NCBI GenBank assembly: GCA_965235115.1
Contig: OZ249436.1
Span: forward strand, 1,118,001-1,182,000
Length of the DNA stretch: 64,000 bases
DNA from: Laetmonice hystrix
Lineage: Eukaryota
Direction: 5' to 3'
Made by a program: the position numbers and the translations under genes. Shown here one piece after another: positions 1 to 12,000 of this stretch. Within the stretch, counting starts at the first letter, position 1; every line of letters begins with the position of its first letter. The notes beneath the pieces are model-generated. The model searched no databases, had not been told where the DNA came from, and worked only from the letters and a program-made list of their open reading frames with translations.

Positions 1-29
1 CTGACACGGAAAGTATCCCGGCCCACAGT
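1..29 (-). CDS. Exon 26 (partial): start of second LDLa repeat DCGPGYFPCQ
   Basis: tgtag acceptor at 30-31; this copy differs from the upstream array copies; it may still be an array copy with the true exon outside the window. Confidence 0.55.
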
Positions 30-3000
30 CTACAACAATACAGAGATATTGGTATACATCTGGCCTTGTCCTCACACGGAAAGTATCCCGGCCCGCACTC
101 TACAACAATACAGAGATATTGGTATACATCTGGCCTTGTCCTCACACGGAAAGTATCCCGGCCCGCACTCTACAACAATACAGAGATATTAACAGTTACC
201 CCATGTTTGCTTACGTAGTACGGATTATAACCTAGCCTTGGTTGGCCATACCACATGAGGGCAAAACCCGAATGTGGTATGGCCAACCAAGGCTAGGTTA
301 TAATCCGTACTACGTAAAAGCAAACATGGGGCAACGATTTTATCACAGTTCCAGTCCTCACATTAGATTAGATGTAGTCATTAAATTCGGCAAAACGCCT
401 TTTGAAGTTTTGCAGTCATTTACACTGTGGCCACAGGCACAGGCATGTCTGCTATAATTGTGACGTCACAGTATCGGAGCTGCAGCCAAAACGGTAGGAT
501 AGAAAATTATCACAGTTCCAGCAACAATGCCGCTTTCTGATTGGTCCAGGCCCACGCGATATGAAGCCGTACTCGGTGACATCGCACCAAACGGGTAGGA
601 TGGGCCATCCTATAGTAGTAGTCGTCGCGCCATCTGCCGGTCAAACAGGTCATTTTTCTATCCTACCGTTTTGGCTGCAGCGCCCTGTGCCTCGTTTTCA
701 TGGTGGCGTAGATCTATGCAAACACAGCGCGATGGCAGCGAATGACTGCAAAACTTCCAAAAGTCGTTTTGCCGAATTCAATGACCACGTCTATAATGTG
801 AGGATTGGAACTGTGATAAAATCGTTGCCCCATGTTTGCTTTTACGAAGTACGGAGTATAACCTAGCCTTGGTTGGCCATACCACATTCGGGCTTCGCCC
901 TCATGTGGTATGGCCAACCAAGGCTAGGTTATATTCCGTACTACGTAAGCAAACATGGGGTAACTGTTAATGACCTGTTTGACCGGCAGATGGCGCGACG
1001 ACTACTACTATAGGATGGCCCATCCTACCCGTTTGGTGCGATGTTACCGAGTACGGCTTCATATCGCGTGGGCCTGGACCAATCAGAAAGCGGCATTGTT
1101 ACTGGAACTGTGATAATGGTATACATCTGGCCTTGTCCCCGCACGGAAAGTATCCCGGCCCGCACTCTACAACAATACAGAGATATTGGTATACATCTGG
1201 CCTTGTCCCCAAACGGAAAGTATCCCGGCCCGCACTCTACAACAACACAGAGATATTGGTATACATCTGGCCTTGTCCTCACACGGAAAGTATTCCGGCC
1301 CGCACTCTACAACAATACAGAGATATTGGTATACATCTGGCCTTGTCCTCACACGGAAAGTATCCCGGCCCGTACTCTTTAGCTGACGGATATATAATTA
1401 TATATAACGCTAACACCCGAATGTCACAGAATGAAGGGTGACAAGTCGGTGGTGACAGCTAGTGACACCTGGTGACAGGTAGTGACACCTACCGCAGGAT
1501 TTCTCGTCACTGCCGTCAAAACAATCGTTGGTGCCGTCACAGACGTGGTCGATCGACACGCACACTTTGTTCACACACTGGAATTCGTCCGAGCTACACG
1601 TTTCACGAACTCCTGTAAACAAAATGTCATCTTTTATCTCTCACTCAGGAAACCTAATTTAAAAGCACCTGGATTGTAATTTACACGAATAATTTAGGAA
1701 TTGAACCAGATTCCCCAGAGATCCCCAATTTCATGTAGAGAAGCTAAACAAACGGTACGCACTGGATTGGATAGTCTCACACATTACACTGTAGATATGG
1801 TTCCTATTGACGAGATGGCAGGGCTGGGAAATCACGCTGTAGTTTGCCACTTCATCCAGACGATGTTGTTTAGAGATCTGGAAGAAAGGTGTCTGGGATA
1901 AGTACAAACCGACTCCCGCCAATTAATACTTCATTCTGAACATTCAATAAGGAGTCTTTGAATGCGCTCCTCGTCACCTTTACAACTTTACTACAAAGCT
2001 GAATATTTAAATGACACATATTTAATCTTCGACGTCCTTTGCCCTCCCACTCTTTCATTCTAATTTACACAGACCCCCAGTAGATTATACTAACCCAGTA
2101 GATTATACTAACATGTATAATAGAGCAGCGGTCTGCCTCTCTGTCCAGCCAGATGTCTCCGTGTTCAAGGCGATGGTTCCAGATGTAGAGGAACTGTTTA
2201 ATCTTACTGAACGTTTCATTATCTAGCCGAGCTGGACGACCTTGGAGTCGGTGACATACTGACTTAGCGTCAGTCCACACCATGTTTTGTGCCGGGTTAT
2301 GGGTAGTGTTTGTTACACGGGTGTAATCGGTATAAAGTTGAAAACACCGTGTGCCAACCGTCAGCCAGCCACTGGGACAGGCTGTGTACAGAGAACACAT
2401 CCAAGTCGTCACGGGACACAAATATAACACGTGTAAAGTACAGCCACTGGGACAGGCTGTGTACAGAGAACACATCCAAGTCCTCACGGGACACAAATAT
2501 AACACGTGTAAAGTACAGCCACTGGGACAGGCTGTGTACAGAGAACACATCCAAGTCGTCACGGGACACAAATATAACACGTGTAAAGTACAGCCACTGG
2601 GACAGGCTGTGTACAGAGAACACATCCAAGTCGTCACGGGACACAAATATAACACGTGTAAAGTACAGCCACTGGGACAGGCTGTGTACAGAGAACACAT
2701 CCAAGTCGTCACGGGACACAAATATAACACGTGTAAAGTACAGCCACTGGGACAGGCTGTGTACAGAGAACACATCCAAGTCGTCACGGGACACAAATAT
2801 AACACGTGTAAAGTACAGCCACTGGGACAGGCTGTGTACAGAGAACACATCCAAGTCGTCACGGGACACAAATATAACACGTGTAAAGTACAGCCACTGG
2901 GACAGGCTGTGTACAGAGAACACATCCAAGTCGTCACGGGACACAAATATAACACGTGTAAAGTACAAGAGGACATTAATTTATTGATGACATGACATGA

Positions 3001-6000
3001 ATATTATACCGCTGTAATTATATCATCCCCTTAAAGGTGCTATTCGTCTCGCACAGAATGACATTTCTCCTATCATACATTGTGCACATAGTACTAGAAA
3101 AAATTCCTACCGATACCATTGGCCTGATAAACTTTCGATTAGTTTGTGTGCAGCATTTGGAACCTATCTCGGTGCGCACCGACATAGAGCCATTTCCTAT
3201 GGTGGGGCGTGTCAGGGTCTCCACAGGCCTTCTGAGAGAGCCCCATTTGTGCCGTTATCCATGAAAATTTTTGATTTCCTTTGGTTTGAATCTATTTCCA
3301 TGATAGGTGGGATCACATAAACGTCAACAAAATTAAAAATAAAAAAATTGAATTTTTTTCACGAATAGCACCTTTAAAGATTCATCCCAATCATCGCTGA
3401 CAACATACACATATTCATATCTTGTAATATCGTTAAGAATATCAAAGGAAGATTGAATCCGTTTCGGAGACGTACCTGAGTAGCCTTCCGATTCCATAAT
3501 TAGCAGAGATTCTGTCAGAGATTGTGTATCCATTGCTGTACTGTCTACAACAATCAAATGGTTGAGATAGGAGAGTTGTAATTTAATCACCACTCCAGTG
3601 CGCTTCTCTGTTTCATGTTTGATTGTCTTAATATAATAAAAATTGATATTGCAGTATGATGCGAGTTACAATGAATTTCATTTAGAAATTCAATTTAACT
3701 GGCCTTTATATATAAGTATAATGTAATAAATGAAGGGAAATAATAAGTACACTCGACACCAGAATGATATGAGTTGATAGGATATTATAATTGTTTATAA
3801 ATTAAAGCTCGTTTCCTTATCCCAGCCGATATGCCATCCTCAACTGACTCCAGTTCAACACCCTAGGCCTGATCCACTAAGGCGATTTTCCTTGCGACGG
3901 CCATGCGATTTTGACATCGCCCTTTTTTTACTGTAATTTTGAGATTAAATGATGGAACCCATTTCCTGAAACGGAGAAGGCCAGCCAGGGAACTCGCATG
4001 GCCGTCGCAAGGGGAATCGCCTTGGTGGATGAGGTCACATGTCCAGGGGTGTGTTTCAAGCGTGTCGGACCGTCCGACCGGCTACGGACAGTCCGTCGCT
4101 TGGTTGTAGGGCCTGCAATTTTTAGTCCGTCGCCGGTCGGACGGTCCGACGCGCTTATTGAAACCGCCCCCTACTCCAGTCCTTCAACTTTTCTCAGAAC
4201 CTGTGGCTTGAGTCCTTCTCTCTGACCAAATACTAGGGATCCATGGTCAACATTTTCTTTTTAAAAACATTTACTTTTCAAATATGTGTTTTATGGACAA
4301 GGTCATAACGGGATAACGTACTGCTAAGAGTTTTGGTGATGGCAGGTCGTTTACAGATTGCCGCTGAGCGCTGGAAGGGGTAGTCGCATGGGATCTTGGC
4401 CCAGTTGAGTGAGTTGTGTGGGGAGTTGGGCAGGGCCACTGTACACAGTGACCCTGAGTCGGCGGTGGGTTGGGCCGTCTTCACATGGAGCAAGTCGACA
4501 GTTCGGGGGTCTGTGTCCTCCACCACCGGCCCTGTCTCCATGGCCGGCCGCGGCCAATACCAGTCCGTGTAACTTTAACACAACACATCGCAAATTATTC
4601 CACATAATGAAAAGGGGGAAAAGGGAAAGAAAGACTTGAAGGATTAGTTTGGAGTTTGTGTCATTGGCATTAACCATCTTTATGTACCAAAGAGTTATGA
4701 GGATTCGATGCTTTTCCTTAATTCTGACAGAAATTTCTGTACTTCATGCATATGGGCCCCAAGGGGTGGTCCCTAGTGGCATAGTGATAATGCGAGATGA
4801 TTGGGCTGAAAATCTTCATGCATACACGATCAATGTATACAATAACTCCAACTTTAGTATTCATGCATCAGGAGCCTTTGAATAAAAAAAAAATTCGATT
4901 TGAATGAATCGAATCGATCGAGACATTTGGATCCGTGTCAGATGAATTATTCACTGCCCCAGTGGTGACTGCCACTGGTGAACACATCCTGAAGTTGTTT
5001 AACAATATTAAGGTCAACTTCAGCAATAACAGATTTTGCAGCAGCAACTCACGCCACACTTGTTCCATCGAGCCAAGAGTAGACCTCGCCACGGTTGTGA
5101 AGGCCAATAAACGTCAGCCGATGGTTGCTATGGTGTGTCCCAGACTTGTCCCAGAACCAGCCATTACCGAGCATGTACTGTGGTACAGGAACTGTTAGTT
5201 AGTATACAGTCTAAAGGGACTTACTGTGGTACAGGAACTGTTAGTTAGTATACAGTCTAAAGGGACTTACTGTGGTACAGGAACTGTTAGTTAGTATACA
5301 GTCTAAAGGGACTTACTGTGGTACAGGAACTCTTAGTTAGTATACAGTCTAAAGGGACTTACTGTGGTACAGGAACTGTTGGTTAGTATACCGTCTAAAG
5401 GGACTTACTGTGGTACAGGAACTGTTGGTTAGTATACAGTCTAAAGGGACTTACTGTGGTACAGGAACTGTTGGTTAGTATACAGTCTAAAGGGGCTTAC
5501 TGTGGTACAGGAACTGTTGGTTAGTGTACAGTCTAAAGGGGCTTGCGCCAGGATGGGGGGGGGGGGGTTGCCGGGGGGTGTTAGTGTTGGGGTTGAACCT
5601 TCCAAGCAGAAAAAAGAAAAAAATGCTTCATAAGGGAGAGGAGGTTGCAACTCCAGTAACCTCCTCTGGATGCGCCAATGGTCTATACAGGGCACGTATG
5701 GTAATGGCCCTAAAACCCTTAAGGGAATGTGCATCCAGATAAGAACTACTACATAATCCTACATAGGATACTTAGAATATACCTTGATGAAATAGGCTTC
5801 ATCTTCGTCTTTGATGGTCAACAAAGTACCGTTTTCCTTGGCACATTGGTCTGCCGACTGCTGCCAAGTCTCGGTGTAGTCATACTTGCCAAGGTTAGTT
5901 TTATAATGTCGGAGGGACCATGGAATATGCCTGTAGCAATGGCCCCGGTAATACTGATAGACCGGCTCAGCCACTGGGCACTGATCCATGTCACCTGCAT

Positions 6001-9000
6001 TGTTGAGGAACCCAGAGAACATCAGGAGAAAAACTATTAGATTACTGAGAAACGTGCAATGTTCTGACGGGATTCGCTCTGGGGTTTTAAGGAAAACATC
6101 AAGGGCACGGTGACAATTACGGTAGCAACAGATGGTGTACTAAATACTGCGTGGTAACAGATGGTGTACTAAATACTGCGTGGTTAGCACCATTATGATT
6201 CTTCTTTCAGGAAAGTCTGTATTGGGGTTCGTTCGTCGGTACCTGCCATAGTAGATAATGGAGCACACAAATTGCAGATTTCAGGTTGCGAACGATGCAC
6301 AAATGGTAAGAAAAGCCGTGGGATATGTTAGGAGTATAAGCACGGACGCAAACACAGGGTAAGAAAGTTCTATAAAGCGGTTAAAAACATGACCGTGTTT
6401 CCGAACTGCTTATTTTATATACATTGTGCCCCGCCGAGCTAGACTAGTCTCGATCACATACTCTTCATATATTGAGGAACCTCCATCTTCTGTGACGTGT
6501 AGGCAAGTTTGAACTCCCACCGCTGGCTGAACGTACTCTCTAGGGTGTTAAGTTCGATCCCTAGCTTCTGGTAGGGCGGTAGCTGGAAGACAGATCCCAA
6601 TGCTATCAGTGTGCAATCACACGCCCCAGAGACCTCCTTACCGCGTACAACTCCCTCCATGATCGATACTACGGGCGTTATTACCTATGTTTGTACGGTT
6701 ATTGTATTATGGTATTCTTTATGATGTATGTCTGATACACTTCTAATCCATTTACGACGCATTACTACATTTTAAATTTCCAAGCACAATGGAACGTGTT
6801 CTACCTTGATGGCTAGTGTTGGCAGGAAGAGATCCGTGTCAGCGCACAGGGTCAGTACATCAGTCTCGTAATGTTTCAAAGTCCCCGAATCCTTGGGAAC
6901 TTCTTTTACTGTAGAAAGACTCACGTATATGACATCGTGACCCAGGAATCAATAACAAAGCAGTAATTTGAGTCATTTGTTCGCTGAGAAGGCAAGGTCA
7001 AGCAATAGAGTTACTAAAATGTGACCAATCTTTAAATCTGACACTTCACAGGTCTCCCCCTTGCTGACCACGCAGTAAAGTAATATGACGAATCAGCAAC
7101 CTTTGCAGAACAAATGCTCATCTTTCTTAAGATTACAGAAAGGCCAACTTAGACAAAATTACATTATTGACATTGCATGAACTCTTATTTAGACAAACAA
7201 ACACAACAAAACTATTTATGAAAACACAATTCTGACGTCAAAGGCAACTCTTGATAGATAATATGAAAATTTGTGTATCACCAAGCCCTGAGCCAACTTA
7301 TAAATAATCAAAACCATTGCCTAATTATACATTTAGCATTATTTCAAAAGTAACTTACTTCGACTTTTGCTCTATCAGAGGCAGGAATCTGTTACTGACA
7401 ACTTATTATTATAGATCACACTTTCAACTTTACTTTAAGTAATTTCTAGCACTCATTCCCGAGAAGGAGAAACAACCAAACAAAAAACAAATTAGAAATA
7501 GATCAATACCTGACACTTATCACCGTTTTCATACACCTCTTACAGTAACCCTGACTAAACCAATATTTACCAACCCACGCCACCTTCGTAATTATAGTGA
7601 CAACTGTGTGTGACGTACTTTTGAAGTATTCAGAGCACCCCGTGTGTGCCGGGCCCCTGACATAGTACAGATTGACGGTGAAGAAGGACCCTTGGTTGGC
7701 GTCTGGACCTTCGATAACCCACGTCCACAGACCGACGCCCACCTCAGCCGGGAAGAATGGCGACAGGATGACACCACACGAGGACAACAGTGTCTTCGTC
7801 TTCACCTCTCCCAGCTGGTCAAAACGGCAACTGTCATTCTCTGAAACAGGTACACCACACACTCAACTCGGGCCTTCACCTCTCCCAGCTGGTCAAAACG
7901 ACAACTGTCATTCTCTGAAACAGGTACACCACACGCTCAACTCAGGCCTTCACCTCTCCCAGCTGGTCAAAACGGCAACTGTCATTCTCTGAAACAGGTC
8001 CACCACACGCTCAACTAGGACCTGCACCTCTCCCAGCTGGTCAAAACGGCAACTGTCATTCTCTGAAACAGGTACACCACACGCTCAACTCAGGCCTTCA
8101 CCTCTCCCAGCTGGTCAAAATGGCAACTGTCATTCTCTGAAACAGGTACACCACACGCTCAACTCAGGCCTTCACCTCTCCCAGCTGGTCAAAACGGCAA
8201 CTGCCATTCTCTGAAACAGGTACACCACACGCTCAACTCAGGCCTTCACCTCTCCCAGCTGGTCAAAACGACAACTGTCATTCTCTGAAACAGGTACACC
8301 ACACGCTCAACTCAGGCCTTCACCTCTCTCAGCTGGTCAAAACGGCAACTGTCATTCTCTGAAACAGGTCCACCACACGCTCAACTAGGACCTGCACCTC
8401 TCCCAGCTGGTCAAAACGGCAACTGCCATTCTCTGTCGCTCAACTCGGACCTTCACCTCCGTTACTGACGTCTACTTTGTAACCAAGTTTTGTAGAGGTG
8501 GGAGTTTTGTCCCCTCCAGGGGTTCAGTCTGGTATACAAGTGTCACTTGGATGGGGGGGGGGGGTGTACATGCAGAAAGCTTACCGTTGACGGTGACGAT
8601 GGCCCGTACGATCCCCCCGACCCGGGTATGTTGTGTGGTGTCCGAGTAGAAAACTACAAGGAATTCTCCCGAGTCTGACGTCACCGTCTGCTGCCGAACC
8701 GACGGCGAGGATCCGCAGAACGGTCCTAACAAAACAAAGGAAGTCAACATAACTAAACAAGGTTTCTGATTAAAAAATATAACTTAACTCGTTAACATTT
8801 CTAGCACGTTTAACCCTTGATGTGTTTCTGAACAGGAAACTATGAACTAAACCCGGCAGAAACATGTCACACCAATTATTTCTTAGTGCAAAGTAAAACG
8901 TAAGTCATTAAATCAAAACCTACATCATTACATACCAAACATGGGGTCGTCGGTCGAATTACCAGCATGGATGACAAGACCGTCGGAGCTGCAGGTTGGG

Positions 9001-12000
9001 TCTTGAGGGTAAACAACGAAGTCGAGGAAGTTCATCACTAACTGGCTTCCCACCTCCCCACGTATCAACCACTTACAGTACAGTCCTGCAGCAAGAAACG
9101 TGATTCAACTGAAGGGCCTATAAAATACCTCAATGGATTCAAACAGACATGTATATTGCTGGAAAGACCCCTACACGTGCCCTGAACATGCACAGAAGTA
9201 TCTCGGTCAAACCAAGTGTAGCCACTGCTGTTACCTGCGTCATACATAGGTTGATCCTGATTGGTCCGTTGGCCGGACACCATGACGACGACTGGCTCGA
9301 GCCGCGTCACAACGTTGTTTTCTGTACCGTCATATGACGTCATGTCGTAAAAGGCCGGGCGGTAGCAGCCTGAACGTTCTGGGGTCCATTCTGATAATGG
9401 AAACATGAACAATCGAGATAAGAATTAAGTTAAAGGGAATAGAAAAGTTCAAACTATCAATATAAGGGTGTTCAGCATGAACAAGCTTGTTCTTACCTAC
9501 AATTCTGTGATTATCTAAACTTTAATAAAGGAAAAATCAACCGAAATGTAGAGACATTCTCCGGCTGGCTTCGTCGGTTTGTTTACCCTATTTGGCCCTT
9601 ATCTCAATCTATTAATAGATATAGCTCCCGCTGTCTCGCATGGGAAATAGCGAATGACCCGGGCGGTATTTTTAAAAAATCGCCGTAGACAGTGTTCCAC
9701 TTGTCGGTGTGACCTTAGACACTTTATATGGTGTTACTGGTGTTCACAGGTACGTTAGTGAGGAACATTTACTGTAGGTTTATTGTTAAGCAGTTCTATA
9801 AAATAACTATGTCAAATGAAATTTTCTATTACCTTCATTAAGTCTTTATGATGACACTCTTCTAATATTTCTTCCATGCTAAATAACAAACGCCGTTACT
9901 ATTTGAACGGTTTGAACATGGACAACTTTGCTGCCGTCAATGGAGTGTTAAATTGATCGCAAAGTTGACAGCCAACAAAGTCGATTCTCGCTGCAATGCC
10001 AAGTCACGGAGAACGTGCTCACCTGACGCAGTGAACGCGGTGCTGAAGTTATATTTCCCACCATCCTTTGATCGTGTGGCGACAATGAACACTTGAAACC
10101 CGGTAGACAGGATATGTCCTGTCAGATTTAACTTCCGCCCAAGTGTGTGCACTCCCTCACTGACAATAATATCTGATGTTGGCGACGAACCATCGTATAT
10201 CTGCATGTCAATTGTAGTGTTAGTAGTGTTTTTATGGTTACACAGTGCTTTCCGTTATCAAATATAAACTATCTTGAAATCAACCCATTTAATAACGCCC
10301 TCTGTGGTTACCTTTAATCCGCCACTTACCTGTTCTATTCCCGAAGTGGCCGAAAATTGTCTAAGTTCGAAAAGGTACTACATTGATTGGTCGGGAGTAG
10401 CAATCGATAACAGAACAACCCTATCAAAACCAGGTCGTGTATCTGTCACATTTTGAATAGGACATGCTGAGCTGTTGCGTCAGTATTTCAGTCGGTCCTA
10501 TGGCTGTTCCATCCATTGCTTGCGGATAGGAGGACTGGTGGTCGAGTCTATTGCTCTCCGGTTCATTCAGTATACTAGAGATTTCTGGACTTTGAAATTT
10601 TATGAGCTAGGGAATAGGATAGGTAAGTGGGTGGGGGTGGGGGGGGGGGGGAATATATAACGACTTTTTAAAAAATCTATCATTGGCCTGCTCGAGTACC
10701 TGGACGGCGGCGTTGTTAGTGGCACTGAAACTCCACTGCAGGGAGACTCTGTGTCCAACCGGAACTCTAACAATCCACTGCTGGGAGACTGCCTCACGTG
10801 TCTCCACAACATCCGGGGACTCAGCAGACGATATAAAACCACTGGCGCCCTCTACTTCCTGTACGGGGGCGCGCTTTATCCAATCGGCTGATGCTGTAAT
10901 AAGTACAATCTGACTGCATATCACAGGCATACGTAACATTAGGTCACATATTTCAACACTGTGTTGTCCATTAAATAAAAGAGGGAACTTCCTTTTCGCG
11001 TGAAAATACAAAATGCAGATCACAGATCACCTACCGACTGACTTATATAAGAGCGATATTGAATGGTTCCCGGTCTGCCACGTGACGTTTTCCAGTCCGA
11101 TCAGAATGGTGTTAGTTTCCAGTTGTATTGACCACGGGAACTGCAGCCCGCAGTATTTCCTGATCGATGTTGGAGGAGAATATCGCCCGTCATACACCAC
11201 CAGGCCGCCATTCTCACACCCCATACCTGAAAGGATACACTCTGTTTCTTAACCAAATTTATTCTATGGATTATTTTATACCTTTCGCATAGATCTTAGA
11301 GACTTCAATAAACTAATGCCACGTTGTGGTTATCCGCTCAGCGTACACTTTCCTTGCGCATAGAAACTGTGCCGACTAGAATAAAAGAAAAAGTCACTCG
11401 TAGGTATGCTAACCTGTATCTTCAATTTGGAAATCGGCAAAGGTCAGGTTGATGGAGTGACCTTGCTGGACTGTGATTGACCAGGAACAATCTGTCAATC
11501 TCGGAGTGTCCTGGATTGATATTCGTCCACAGTTCGAGGTGAACGTCTTGGCTGTCCCGCACCCAGAGTCTCCACTTCCTGTCCCACATTCTGTCCAAAT
11601 ATAACCTCTCTAAATTTTAAACGGTTATTCCAAATGAGATATCCACAATAACCTTCATCCAAACAGATAAATATAATTATAAATCGGATCGAGTATGACG
11701 TCATTGCTACTGAACAGACAGCTGAACTGAACAGGAACAAAGGCAGTCAACATAACTAAATATAGGTTTCCGATTAAAACAGAACTCCTTTTTAACTTTT
11801 TAATGGGGCGTTAAATTTATTTCCAGTTTCCTTTACTCAACTTTTACACCTGGCAATACTTCAACGTGAAGCAATGCTATGTCTATATATGTCATGGGGT
11901 CATTTATACCATCTTCCTTGAAGGCGATCATGAAGCCGTCTCCTGTGACCGAGCTGTCGGATGACATCTCCAGTGTGACCTCATTAGTACGGGTGTAGAT

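Larger units (their letters stand above)
1..1376. repeat. 70-bp tandem array derived from LDLa exon start plus acceptor (1-190 and 1117-1376), interrupted by an insertion
   Basis: Minus-strand unit tgtag+AGTGCGGGCCGGGATACTTTCCGTGTGAGGACAAGGCCAGATGTATACCAATATCTCTGTATTGT encodes ECGPGYFPCEDKARCIPISLYC. Confidence 0.95.
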
